A stretch of DNA of 38,255 bases from NCBI GenBank assembly GCA_030431185.1, contig JAUIJO010000001.1:1-38255 (forward strand), written 5' to 3'. The notes beneath the pieces were generated by a model. The model made no database searches. It saw nothing but the letters and a program-made list of their open reading frames with translations, and had not been told where the DNA came from. The translations under genes and the position numbers were made by a program. The DNA is from Gammaproteobacteria bacterium. Lineage in GTDB: Bacteria; Pseudomonadota; Gammaproteobacteria; Xanthomonadales; Xanthomonadaceae. This document shows positions 18,052 through 27,199 of the stretch, piece by piece (positions within the stretch are counted from its first letter, which is position 1; the number at the start of each line of letters is the position of its first letter).

Positions 18052-19458
18052 ATGAGCTGCCGCACCCGTTTTGCCCCCAGTCCTACCGGCTACCTGCACA
18101 TCGGCGGCGCGCGCACCGCGCTGTACTGCTGGCTGGAGGCGCGCCGGCGCGGCGGGCAGTTCATCCTGCGGGTCGAGGACACCGACCAGGAGCGCAGCAC
18201 CCAGGCGGCGATGGACGCCATTCTGGCGTCGATGGCCTGGCTGGGCCTGGATTACGACGAAGGCCCGTTCTACCAGACCCACCGCCTGGCGCGATACCGC
18301 GAGGTCGCCGAGAAGATGGTCGCCGACGGCACCGCGTACTACGCCTACGAGACCCGCGAGGAACTCGATGCCATGCGCGAGGCGGCGATGGCCGAGGGCG
18401 GCAAGCCCCGCTACAACGGTGCCTATCGCGACCGCGGCGAGCCGCTGCGCGAGGACCCGAACCGGGTGATCCGCTTCAAGAACCCGCTCGGCGGCACCGT
18501 GGCCTGGGACGACAAGGTCAAGGGGCGCATCGAGATCAGCAACGACGAACTCGACGACCTGGTGATCTTCCGCCCCGATGGTTTCCCGACCTACAACTTC
18601 GCGGTGGTGGTCGACGACCTCGACATGGGCATCACCGACGTCGTCCGCGGCGACGACCACGTCAACAACACCCCGCGCCAGATCAACATCTACCGCGCGC
18701 TGGGCGCCGAGGTGCCGCATTTCGCGCACCTGCCGATGATCCTCGACCCGGAGGGCGCCAAGCTGTCCAAGCGCACCGGCGCGGCCGACGTCATGCAGTA
18801 CCGCGACGCAGGCTACCTGCCGCACGCGCTGCTCAACTACCTCGTCCGGCTGGGCTGGTCGCACGGCGACCAGGAGATCTTCTCGATCGAGGAGATGACG
18901 CGCCTGTTCGACCTCAAGGACGTCAACGCCAAGGCCTCGCGGCTCGACCCGGCCAAGCTCGGCTGGCTCAACCAGCAGTACCTCAAGGCCGACGATCCGG
19001 TGGCGGTGGGGCGGCACCTGGAGTGGCACCTGCTCGACCAGGGCTACGACCTCGCGCGCGGCCCCGCGCCGGCCGACATCGTCGTGGCCCTGCGCGATCG
19101 CGTGCAGACCCTGAGGGAGATGGCCGAGCGTGCAGGGGTCTGGTTCACCCCGCTGGCCGAGTACGACGACGCGGCGGTCGCCAAGCACCTGACCGACAAG
19201 GCGCGTGCCCCGCTGGCCGAAGCGCGCACCCGGTTGGCCGCACTGGCGGACTGGAACGCCGAGGCCATCGGCGAAGCGCTGCAGGCGACCGCGACGGCGC
19301 TGGAGATCGGCATGGGCAAGGTCGCCCAGCCGATGCGCGTGGCGATCACCGGCACCCAGGTCAGCCCGGACATTTCGCACACGGTGTACCTGGCCGGGCG
19401 CGACGAAGCCCTCGCGCGGATCGACGCGGCGCTTGCAAAACTCCCCGCCGGGCCCTAG
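18052..19458 (+). CDS. gltX: glutamate--tRNA ligase
   Basis: [22 protein letters not shown] (HIGH), LRVEDTD, RGDDH and KLSKR (KMSKS) motifs; full anticodon domain; -10 TAAAAT at 18017-18022. Confidence 0.98.
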   Translation: MSCRTRFAPSPTGYLHIGGARTALYCWLEARRRGGQFILRVEDTDQERSTQAAMDAILASMAWLGLDYDEGPFYQTHRLARYREVAEKMVADGTAYYAYETREELDAMREAAMAEGGKPRYNGAYRDRGEPLREDPNRVIRFKNPLGGTVAWDDKVKGRIEISNDELDDLVIFRPDGFPTYNFAVVVDDLDMGITDVVRGDDHVNNTPRQINIYRALGAEVPHFAHLPMILDPEGAKLSKRTGAADVMQYRDAGYLPHALLNYLVRLGWSHGDQEIFSIEEMTRLFDLKDVNAKASRLDPAKLGWLNQQYLKADDPVAVGRHLEWHLLDQGYDLARGPAPADIVVALRDRVQTLREMAERAGVWFTPLAEYDDAAVAKHLTDKARAPLAEARTRLAALADWNAEAIGEALQATATALEIGMGKVAQPMRVAITGTQVSPDISHTVYLAGRDEALARIDAALAKLPAGP

Positions 19459-19467
19459 ATCAGGGAC

Positions 19468-19962
19468 ATGAGCGCGCCGCACGCCTGCACCGACCCCAAG
19501 CACCACGTCCATGACGCGGCCGGCTTCGTGCGCGAGGTGGAGCTCCAGTGCGAACGACGCGGACTGCGGCTGACGCCCATCCGCGCCCACGCGCTGCAGC
19601 TGATCGCGGATGCCGGCCGACCGATGAAGGCCTACGACCTGCTCGACCAGATGAAGGCCACGCACGACGCCGCGGCGCCGCCGACCATCTATCGCGCGCT
19701 CGACTTCCTGCTCGAGCACGGCTTCATCCACAAGCTGGCGTCGATCAACGCCTTCGTCGGCTGCCACCATCCCGGTGCCGAGGCGCACGCGGTGCCGTTC
19801 CTGATCTGCGACCAGTGCCAGTCGGCGACCGAGCTGGAGGACGAGGACATCGTCGCCTCGTTGGATCGCCGCGCGCGCGCGCTGGGCTTCGTGCCGCAGG
19901 CGCAGACGCTCGAGGTGCATGGCGTCTGCGCGGAATGCGCGGGCGGGGCGCAGCACGGCTGA
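19468..19962 (+). CDS. zur: Fur-family zinc uptake regulator
   Basis: [45 protein letters not shown] and EVHGVCAEC motifs characteristic of proteobacterial Zur; a Zur box is nearby. Confidence 0.92.
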   Translation: MSAPHACTDPKHHVHDAAGFVREVELQCERRGLRLTPIRAHALQLIADAGRPMKAYDLLDQMKATHDAAAPPTIYRALDFLLEHGFIHKLASINAFVGCHHPGAEAHAVPFLICDQCQSATELEDEDIVASLDRRARALGFVPQAQTLEVHGVCAECAGGAQHG

Positions 19963-19992
19963 CTCCGCCGGGAAGCGCGCGCAGCCTCCGCT

Positions 19993-20619
19993 TCAGTAGC
20001 CCTGCACGGCGTCCTGCATCTCCGGCTGGAAGTCCTTGCCGACGCAGTCGGCACGGCGGTTCCTGATCGCCTTTTCCGTGCAGGTGTCGCGGCCGCCGAA
20101 CAGCCCCAGGGCAATGCGCGCCACCAGGTGGTCCTCCTTCAGTTTCTCGATGGCGTCCCCGTCGGTGGCCCAGTCGTCCTCGAAGCGCGTCGTCCGCGGG
20201 TCCAGCCCGGAGGGCTGGCCGGTCACCCCGTTGGAGCGCCCGAAGTCGATGTCGACGTAGTCATCGGGGAGCTGCAGGTCCCTCGCCGCCGGGCGAGGCA
20301 ATTCAACGACCACGAGTGCGCCGGTGGACGCGTGCGCGCGAGGACGCGCGCCCGCGTCGCCGGTGTCCGTCGGCGTCGGCGTCGGCGCCGGCGCGCGGGT
20401 CCGGGTCGGGCGCGCGGGAGGCAGGGGGACCGGGCTCGCGGCGGTCGGCCGACGGATGAAATACACCAGGGTGGTGGCGTCCCCCGCTTGAGGCTGCCGG
20501 GGCAGCGTCGGACGCGTGGTCAGCAGCCATGCGAGGGCCGCGACGTGGAGCAGGACGACGCCGGTGGCGATCCAGGCGCGTTCATCGCGGGCGAGGGGGA
20601 CAGGAACGGTTCGGGGCAT
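19993..20619 (-). CDS. hypothetical membrane-anchored Pro-rich protein
   Basis: N-terminal TM with His (GVVLLHVAALAWLL), Pro/Thr-rich linker and small C-terminal domain with two Cys. The start choice is uncertain. Confidence 0.65.
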   Translation of the reverse strand: MPRTVPVPLARDERAWIATGVVLLHVAALAWLLTTRPTLPRQPQAGDATTLVYFIRRPTAASPVPLPPARPTRTRAPAPTPTPTDTGDAGARPRAHASTGALVVVELPRPAARDLQLPDDYVDIDFGRSNGVTGQPSGLDPRTTRFEDDWATDGDAIEKLKEDHLVARIALGLFGGRDTCTEKAIRNRRADCVGKDFQPEMQDAVQGY

Positions 20620-20713
20620 CCATGCACCTGGTCTGTCGAAGGCGCGGCGATTCTGGCGCGGAATGCCGATGCGTTGCGTTAGGAATCCGTTCCGGTTTCG
20701 TTGGTCGGGCTGG

Positions 20714-21190
20714 CTAGGGGAGGCTGGCGGTCCAGGTGCCCACGTACAGGCCGACGCCGAACACGGCATGCGTCGCCAGGCTGCGCAGGCGTGCCTTGCC
20801 CGGCGACGGCGCCCGCGATGCGGCGACACCTAGGCCCATGCCCGGCTGCATCAGCAGGAAGGGCATGACGACCGTGGCCAGGCCCATCGCGAGGCAGGGC
20901 AGGAACGAAGGCGCTTGCGTCCACGCCGGTCCCATGACCCGCATCAGCGTGGCGGCGAACACGATGCCGGTGGCGTAGTGCAGGCTCCACCCCAGCAGGC
21001 GCTCGCCGCGGACCGGCGCGGCGCGGGCGATGGACGCATGCACGAATCGGCCGTGCCGCATGTGCCCGATCCAGCGCCCCGCCATCGCCCAGTCGAGCGA
21101 TGGCACGCCGGACAGGCGCCGCAATGCCAGCGACCACAGGTCGAGCAGGGCCGTCGCCACTACCCCGGCGACGACCGCCTGGCCGAGCAT
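20714..21190 (-). CDS. DUF2938 family membrane protein
   Basis: GVVATALLDLW, AMAGRWIGHM..GRFVHASI...GERLLGWSLHYATGIVFA, PFLLMQPGMGLGVAAS and SLATHAVFGVGLY motifs. Confidence 0.85.
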   Translation of the reverse strand: MLGQAVVAGVVATALLDLWSLALRRLSGVPSLDWAMAGRWIGHMRHGRFVHASIARAAPVRGERLLGWSLHYATGIVFAATLMRVMGPAWTQAPSFLPCLAMGLATVVMPFLLMQPGMGLGVAASRAPSPGKARLRSLATHAVFGVGLYVGTWTASLP

Positions 21191-21219
21191 GTGTCCGTAT
21201 CCGCTGATGGCCTTCGACC

Positions 21220-23427
21220 TCAGAAGAACGCGCGCACGCCGAACGCGACGCCACGCCCGGGCAGGGGCGCCAGGTCCTTGAGGAAGGAGCTGTGCACGCG
21301 GGCTTCCTCGTCGAGGAGGTTGCTGCCGTCCAGGAACACTTCCCATGCGCCGCCGGACGCGGTATCGAGGTGCCAGGCCAGGTGCGCGTCGACCAGGGTG
21401 TAGCCGGGCGTCGGCGTCTCGCCCGCGGCGACGTCGTCCTGCTCGGCGTAGCGGATCGCGCCCAGCGACGCGCGCCAGGCATTGCGTTCCCAGCGCAGCT
21501 CGCCGCCCAGGCGGGCGGGCGAGATCCGCGGCAGGTTGCCGCCGCGGGCCAGCGTGACGGTGTAGTCGTGGTTGTGATCGCCATGCGGGACCGCGATGTC
21601 GATCTCGCGCGTGCCGCTGCCGGTGAGTTCGGCATCGACGATGTCGCCGAACAGGCGCGCGTCCCAGCGGCCGCTGTCATTCTCGGCGAAGGTCCAGTTG
21701 GCTTCCGCCTCGGCGCCGTTGAAGCGCGCGTCGTCCTGCGTCCAGGCACGCACCGGGCCGCCGTCGTCGATGCCGGTCCCGGCCAGGTAGATGAAATCGT
21801 CGTACTGCACGTGGTAGATCGACGCGCCCAGCTTGAAGGGCCCCTGGTGCCAGTGCAGGCCAAGCTCGACCCGGTTGGCGGTTTCCTTCCGCAGGTCCGG
21901 ATCGCCCAGCTCCACGCTTCCGGTGGCGACGTGCAGGCCGTTGGAGTACAGCTCCTCGGCCACGGGCGTGCGCTGCGCGTGGTCGAGGCCGAGCGACAGG
22001 TGCATGTCGGGGTTGAGGTTCCAGCGCATCGACGCCGACAGGCTGGTGGCATCGAAGGTGCGGTCCGGCCCGATGGCGCGGGCTTCGTCGACGTCGATGC
22101 GGTTGCGGTCGTGGCGCGCGCCGAGCTCGAACTTCAGCGGACCGGCCTCGCGCTGGCCGATCCAGAAGATCCCGGTGTCGCGCGTCGCCGAGGCCGGCAC
22201 GAACGCCTCGTCGCCGATGGCGCGGAAGTCGCGGTCCGCCCACTGCAGGCCGATCGCGCCGTCCCAGCCGAGCAGTGGGTGATGGGTCAGCTCGAAGCGG
22301 GCCTCGGTGCTGTCGTTGTCGAAGACCGTGCCCACTTCGTCGCCTTCGAACTCGGTGTGGGTGTATTCGGTGCGGGCGACCTTGAGCCGCATCGAGGCGA
22401 AGGGCCCGATGTCGTCGATGCCACCGCGCAGTTCGCCGCGGCGCTGGTCCATCACGATGGTGACCGGCCCTTCCTCTTCGTGCCCTTCGTCATCGTGGTC
22501 ATGGTCGTGGTCGTCGTGGTCATCGTGGTCATGGCCGTCTTCCCCGCCGTGCGAATGCCCGGGCACGCCGTAGCGGCTGTTGAACAGGCTGTAGCCAAGG
22601 CCGATGAATCCGCGATCGCCCACCCAGGACACGCCCAGCGCCGCGGCATCGGTGCGCAGGGCGCTGTTGGGCAGGGTGCCGCTGGCGCCTTCCTCGTCGT
22701 GGTCGGCGTCGGCCTCGTGCGCGTGTTCGCTTTCGGCGTGGCCGGGGATGTCGTAGTCACCGGTCTCGCGATGCAGGGCATCGACATGGAAGACCAGGTG
22801 GCCGTCCGACGACGTGCCGTCCAGGCGGGCCATGCCGGTGCGCTCGTCGTTGACGGTGCCGCCGCGCAGTTCGGCGCGGCCTTCCAGCGGCGCGTAGGTG
22901 GCTTCCTCGGGGATGCGGCCGTCGACCACGTTCACCGCGCCGCCGATCGCGCCGCTGCCGTAGAGCAGGGTGGCCGGACCCTTCAGCACTTCGACCTGGT
23001 TGGCGAGGAAGGGCTCGATGCTGACGGCGTGGTCGACGCTCACGGTGGATACGTCGCCCGCGCCGAGCCCGTCGCTGAGCACCTGCACGCGGGCGCCGTC
23101 GAAGCCGCGCACGATCGGTCGGCCGACCCCGGGACCGAAGTACGAGGACTGCACGCCGGGCAGCCTGGACACGGTCTCGCCCAGCGAGTTGGCCTTGGCC
23201 TCGTCGAGCCGTTCGCCGGCGAGCACTTTCACCGGACGGGTGAGTTCTTCGGCGGTGGAGGCCAGCGGGCTTGCCCGGACCTGGACCGAATCGAGGTCGA
23301 CCGCATCGTGCTCGTGGGTGGGCGCGGGTTCCTCGGCATGGGCGAGCGGCAGGGCCAGGGCGAGGGCCACGACGAGCGGGAGGCGGCGGTGCCGGCGGCT
23401 GAACGGAGCTGTATTGGGCATGGGCAT
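21220..23427 (-). CDS. TonB-dependent receptor, ZnuD-like zinc uptake
   Basis: Signal peptide, TonB box DSVQVRA, plug GPGVGRPIVRG...DHAVSIEP...VEVLKGPATLLYGSGAIGGAVN, His/Asp-rich loops and C-terminal Phe. Zur box upstream. Start is 23427 or 23421. Confidence 0.92.
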   Translation of the reverse strand: MPMPNTAPFSRRHRRLPLVVALALALPLAHAEEPAPTHEHDAVDLDSVQVRASPLASTAEELTRPVKVLAGERLDEAKANSLGETVSRLPGVQSSYFGPGVGRPIVRGFDGARVQVLSDGLGAGDVSTVSVDHAVSIEPFLANQVEVLKGPATLLYGSGAIGGAVNVVDGRIPEEATYAPLEGRAELRGGTVNDERTGMARLDGTSSDGHLVFHVDALHRETGDYDIPGHAESEHAHEADADHDEEGASGTLPNSALRTDAAALGVSWVGDRGFIGLGYSLFNSRYGVPGHSHGGEDGHDHDDHDDHDHDHDDEGHEEEGPVTIVMDQRRGELRGGIDDIGPFASMRLKVARTEYTHTEFEGDEVGTVFDNDSTEARFELTHHPLLGWDGAIGLQWADRDFRAIGDEAFVPASATRDTGIFWIGQREAGPLKFELGARHDRNRIDVDEARAIGPDRTFDATSLSASMRWNLNPDMHLSLGLDHAQRTPVAEELYSNGLHVATGSVELGDPDLRKETANRVELGLHWHQGPFKLGASIYHVQYDDFIYLAGTGIDDGGPVRAWTQDDARFNGAEAEANWTFAENDSGRWDARLFGDIVDAELTGSGTREIDIAVPHGDHNHDYTVTLARGGNLPRISPARLGGELRWERNAWRASLGAIRYAEQDDVAAGETPTPGYTLVDAHLAWHLDTASGGAWEVFLDGSNLLDEEARVHSSFLKDLAPLPGRGVAFGVRAFF
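22471..22560 (-). repeat. low-complexity CAC/GAC/CAT codon run encoding a His/Asp-rich loop
   Basis: Encodes GHSHGGEDGHDHDDHDDHDHDHDDEGHEEE inside the TonB-dependent receptor. Confidence 0.8.
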
Positions 23428-23465
23428 CGGGGAGGGGATCGGCTAAAGTGGCAGCAGGAAGTTAC

Positions 23466-23488
23466 GGAATGTTATATTATAACAATCC
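23466..23488. promoter_or_regulatory. Zur box
   Basis: GGAATGTTATA-T-TATAACAATCC, a near-perfect 23-bp palindrome matching the proteobacterial Zur consensus GAAATGTTATANTATAACATTTC, located between divergent genes. Confidence 0.92.
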
Positions 23489-23512
23489 GATGTCCAGCCC
23501 CTCCCATTCGTC

Positions 23513-23932
23513 ATGGTCATGTCGCCTCCCTCTCCCCGCCACCGCCTGCTGGATCGCCTCGGTGCCCTGGGCTCCCTGGCATGTGCGGTCCACTGCGCCC
23601 TGTTGCCGCTGCTGATCGCCGCATTGCCGACCCTCGGCATATCGGGCTGGTTCGACGACGGCTTCGAGCTGGCCTTCGTGGTGTTCGCGACCTGCCTGGG
23701 CCTGTTCACCCTGGTCTGGGGCTACCGCCGCCACCGCGCGGTACGGGCCCTGTCGCTGCTGGTGCCCGGCCTGCTGGTCCTGTGGATCGGCGTGCTGTAC
23801 GGCCCCCTGCACGACAGCGTGTTGCCGCATGCCGTGGCGATGACCTTCGGCGGCACCCTCGTCGGCCTGGCGCACCTGGCCAACCTGCGCCTGAACCACG
23901 GCCACGTCCACGACGCCAGCTGCTCGCATTGA
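23513..23932 (+). CDS. MerC domain-containing membrane protein
   Basis: LDRLGALGSLACAVHCALLP (MerC-like Cys pair in TM1), four TM helices, GYRRHR and His-rich C-terminus HGHVHDASCSH. Start is 23513 or 23519. Confidence 0.85.
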   Translation: MVMSPPSPRHRLLDRLGALGSLACAVHCALLPLLIAALPTLGISGWFDDGFELAFVVFATCLGLFTLVWGYRRHRAVRALSLLVPGLLVLWIGVLYGPLHDSVLPHAVAMTFGGTLVGLAHLANLRLNHGHVHDASCSH

Positions 23933-24074
23933 CCGGTCGGATGAACGGACGGCGCTGGCGCGGTCCGCGCGCATGGTAGAATTCGCGACCTCGCGACGTG
24001 ACCGAGTGTCCACCCGTCCGCCCGAGCGGCATGGGTTTCGATAGATTCTTTTCTAAAGTTCCAGGAGCAAGAAC

Positions 24075-24263
24075 ATGGGTAAGGGCGACCGCAAGACCGC
24101 CAAGGGCAAGCGCTACAACTCCAGCTACGGCAACGCCCGTTCGCATACGGCGGTGACCAAGGCGACTGGTGCGGCTTCCGCGCCCGTTGCCAAGAAGGCC
24201 ACCAAGGCGACCAAGGCGCCGGCCAAGAAGGTCGTGGCCAAGAAGGCTGCCGCCAAGGAGTGA
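24075..24263 (+). CDS. 30S ribosomal protein THX (bTHX) with Ala/Lys-rich tail
   Basis: MGKGDRKTAKGKRYNSSYGNAR matches the THX pattern. SD AGGAG, extended -10 TGGTAGAAT at 23974-23982, and its own terminator. Confidence 0.88.
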   Translation: MGKGDRKTAKGKRYNSSYGNARSHTAVTKATGAASAPVAKKATKATKAPAKKVVAKKAAAKE

Positions 24264-24288
24264 GCGCCCCGCGCCTTCCGTGGTACCG

Positions 24289-24319
24289 GAAAGCCCCGCG
24301 ATCGCGGGGCTTTTTCTTT
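24289..24319 (+). terminator. intrinsic terminator after THX gene
   Basis: GAAAGCCCCGCGATCGCGGGGCTTTT palindrome followed by TCTTT. Confidence 0.9.
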
Positions 24320-24374
24320 GTGCGCGTATGGGCGGCAGTCCCGGCTTCGGGGGGGGGCGTGGCTTCGTAGCTCC

Positions 24375-24452
24375 GTAGCCCGCGCAGGACCGAAGGCCGC
24401 GCCCGGGACGCCGTCGGCACGCCTTCCCCTTCCCCGCGTTCGCCGGGATGAC
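24375..24452. repeat. degenerate REP-like extragenic palindromes
   Basis: GTAGCCCG...CCCGGGA resembles GTAG-type REPs, and CCCCGCGTTCGCCGGGATGAC resembles (C)GTC-type GTCATCCC..GCGAACGCGGGG elements. They lie between convergent genes. Only single copies occur in the window. Confidence 0.35.
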
Positions 24453-24519
24453 CAGCGAAACAGGAACCTCCGGCTCGCGAGGGGGCCGGAACGCGACGTC
24501 GTGTCCCGCCCCGGTCCGA

Positions 24520-25764
24520 TCAGCCGACCCGGCGGCCCCCGGCATAGGTTCCCAACGCGAGCCGTCCGCCCAGCCAATAGCTCAGTTCGGCCGGGTGGCG
24601 GATGTCCCATAGCGCGAAGTCCGCGCGGGCGCCCGAGCGCAGCACGCCCCGGTCGTGGAGGCCCAGGGCATGGGCGGCGTTGACGGTGGCGCCGCGCAGG
24701 CTTTCCTCCGGGGTCAGGCGGAAGTGCGCGCTGGCCAGTTGCATCGCCTGCCGCAACGACATCAAGGGGGCCGTGCCCGGATTGCAATCGGTGGCGACGG
24801 CCATGGCGACGCCGTGCTCGCGAAACGCCGCCAGTGGTGGCAGCCGGGTCTCGCGCAGCACGTGGAAGGCGCCCGGCAGCAGTACCGCGACGACGCCCGA
24901 GGCGGCCATCGCGCGCACGCTGGCTTCGCTGCTGTACTCGACGTGGTCGGCCGACAGGCCCGCGAATTCGGCGACCAGGCCGGCGCCGCCGAGGTCGCTC
25001 AACTGGTCGGCGTGCAGCTTGACCGGCAGTCCCAGCGCACGCGCGGCCTCGAACACGCGCCGCGTCTGCGCGGGCGAAAAGCCGATCCCTTCGCAGAAGG
25101 CATCGACGGCGTCGACCAGGCCTTCGGCATGCAGGCGTGGCAGCCATTCCACGACGGCCTCGACATACGCATCCGGACGATCGGCGAACTCCGGGGGCAG
25201 CGCGTGCGCCGCCAGGTACGTCGTGCGCACTCCGATCCCCATCGCTTCGCCGATGCGACGCGCGACGCGCAGCATCTTGCGTTCGTTGTCGAAGTCCAGG
25301 CCGTAGCCCGACTTGATCTCCAGCGTGGTGGCGCCATCGGCGACCAGTGCGCGGGCGCGCGGCAACGATTCGCGCAGCAGCCCGTCTTCGTCGAGGGCGC
25401 GCACGGCGCGCACGGTGGACAGGATGCCGCCCCCGGAGCGGGCGATGTCCTCGTAGCTCGCGCCCTGCAGGCGCATCTCGAATTCGCGCGCGCGGTCGCC
25501 TGCGAACACCAGGTGGGTGTGGCAATCGACCAGGCCGGGCGTGATCCAGCCACCGGTTTCGATGACCTGGTCGGCGAGCGCGCCGGCGTCGCCGGGGAGA
25601 CCACTTCGGGGCCCCACGTAGGTGAGCAGCCCGTCCTTCCAGCCCAGCGCGCCGTCGACGACCTCGCCATAGCCGCGTTCGGTGTCCAGCGTCGCCAGCG
25701 ACGCGCCCAGCACCAGGCCGTCCCAGCGGCGTGAATCGTCGAGGGGGGTGTCGGCGTCAGTCAT
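24520..25764 (-). CDS. hutI: imidazolonepropionase
   Basis: [64 protein letters not shown] and ATDCNPG motifs. Confidence 0.97.
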   Translation of the reverse strand: MTDADTPLDDSRRWDGLVLGASLATLDTERGYGEVVDGALGWKDGLLTYVGPRSGLPGDAGALADQVIETGGWITPGLVDCHTHLVFAGDRAREFEMRLQGASYEDIARSGGGILSTVRAVRALDEDGLLRESLPRARALVADGATTLEIKSGYGLDFDNERKMLRVARRIGEAMGIGVRTTYLAAHALPPEFADRPDAYVEAVVEWLPRLHAEGLVDAVDAFCEGIGFSPAQTRRVFEAARALGLPVKLHADQLSDLGGAGLVAEFAGLSADHVEYSSEASVRAMAASGVVAVLLPGAFHVLRETRLPPLAAFREHGVAMAVATDCNPGTAPLMSLRQAMQLASAHFRLTPEESLRGATVNAAHALGLHDRGVLRSGARADFALWDIRHPAELSYWLGGRLALGTYAGGRRVG

Positions 25765-27094
25765 CGCGTGGAGGAGCCTGCATGTGGGGCGCCAGCCGCT
25801 TCGCCAGGGCCTTGTATATCGGCGTGGGGCAGCAGAGGTTGGAGCACGCGCGTGCCAGCAGCACGGTCGCCAGGATGGGCAGCATCATTTCGTGGTTGTC
25901 GGTCAGCTCGATCGAGATCACCGCCGACGTCAGCGGCGCCTGGGTCACGCCGGCCAGGTAGGCACACATGCCCAGCAACACCACGGCCGAGGGATCGACG
26001 CCGGGGAACAGGTGGGACAGGTTGTCGCCCAGTCCGGCGCCCACGGCGAGCGCCGGCGAGAACAGGCCGCCGGGGATGCCGGCGATGTACGACACCAGGT
26101 TGGCGAAGAACTTGGCGATGCCGAACTCGGCGCCCGGCGACGCGCTGCGCAGCAGCAGCGCATGCGCCTGTTCGTAGCCCGTGCCGAACACCGTGCCGCC
26201 CAGGGCGATGCCGAGCAGGGCGAGGGCAAGCCCGCAGGCGGTCGAGAACAGCACCGGATGCGCGCCGCGCATGCGCCCCAGCCAACGTGGCCTGCCATCC
26301 GCGGCGGCGACGACGATGCGCGCGAACAGGCCCCCGAGCACGCCGCAGACCACGCCACAGGCGAGGATCGCCAGCCAGCCTTCGCCCAGCGGGATGCGCG
26401 CGGCGATATGGCCGAAGTAGGCGTAGTCGCCCAGCAGGCCCATCGACACCACGCCGCCGACGATGACCGCCGTCAACAACGTGCCGGAGAAGCGTTGCTC
26501 GAAGGCGCCGCTCAGTTCCTCGATCGCGAACACCACCCCGGCCAGCGGCGTGTTGAACGCGGCGGCGATGCCCGCGGCGCCGCCGGCCAGCAGGAAGCGC
26601 GACGCCTGGTAGGGGTCGCTGTAGCCCATCCGGCGACCGATGGCGTGCATGATCCCGGCGCCCACGTGCACCGTCGGCCCCTCGCGGCCCACCGAGGCCC
26701 CGCCGAACAGGGCCAGGATGGTGAATCCCATCTTGCACAGCGACACCCACAAGGACAGCTGGGCGGCGCGGAAGTCGTCGCGGGCGAGTTGCAGGGATGC
26801 GATCACCTGCGGGATGCCGCTGCCGCGGGTGGGCGCGAGCTTGCCACGCGTCGCCCAGGCGAGGATCGCGAACGACAGGGGCGTCAGCAGCAGCGCCCAC
26901 CACGGCGAGTGGGCCGTGACGGCCAGGAAGCTGCGGTACGCGGCGTCGCCCACCTTGGCGAACACGATGGCCGCCAGCGCGACCGCCACGGCGCCGCCCC
27001 ACAGCGCGATGCGCCTTTTCCAGGCTTCGCGTGACCAGAGCTGGGCCGGGCCCGTTTCGTCCGGGTCCGGCGTCGGGGGAGCACTTGGGGTCAT
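25757..27094 (-). CDS. ClC family chloride channel / H+/Cl- exchanger
   Basis: GSGIP, GREGP (gating Glu), [17 protein letters not shown] and GLFSP signatures; start MTPSAPP at 27094. Confidence 0.93.
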   Translation of the reverse strand: MTPSAPPTPDPDETGPAQLWSREAWKRRIALWGGAVAVALAAIVFAKVGDAAYRSFLAVTAHSPWWALLLTPLSFAILAWATRGKLAPTRGSGIPQVIASLQLARDDFRAAQLSLWVSLCKMGFTILALFGGASVGREGPTVHVGAGIMHAIGRRMGYSDPYQASRFLLAGGAAGIAAAFNTPLAGVVFAIEELSGAFEQRFSGTLLTAVIVGGVVSMGLLGDYAYFGHIAARIPLGEGWLAILACGVVCGVLGGLFARIVVAAADGRPRWLGRMRGAHPVLFSTACGLALALLGIALGGTVFGTGYEQAHALLLRSASPGAEFGIAKFFANLVSYIAGIPGGLFSPALAVGAGLGDNLSHLFPGVDPSAVVLLGMCAYLAGVTQAPLTSAVISIELTDNHEMMLPILATVLLARACSNLCCPTPIYKALAKRLAPHMQAPPRDD

Positions 27095-27199
27095 CGCCCC
27101 ATTGTAGTCCATGCGTGCCGGTCGCCAGCGTGACGCGTCCGCGCGACAATCGACCCTGCGGGCCTGGCAATGACGCGCGGCCCCTCGACGAGGAACGAC

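Noticed and set aside
17161-19956. Apparent 931-aa LpxH fusion and 757-aa GltX
   Set aside because: The N-terminal extensions are just the antisense frames of the divergent partner genes. The real starts are 17892 and 18052, each with its own -10 element.
22471-22560. Tandem repeat as CRISPR or contingency locus
   Set aside because: The repeats are codon-level His/Asp runs within a CDS, with no spacers and no frameshifting unit.
23513-23932. Mercury resistance operon or transposon
   Set aside because: There is no merR, merA, merT, merP, transposase or terminal repeat. The gene sits behind a Zur box in a core chromosomal region.
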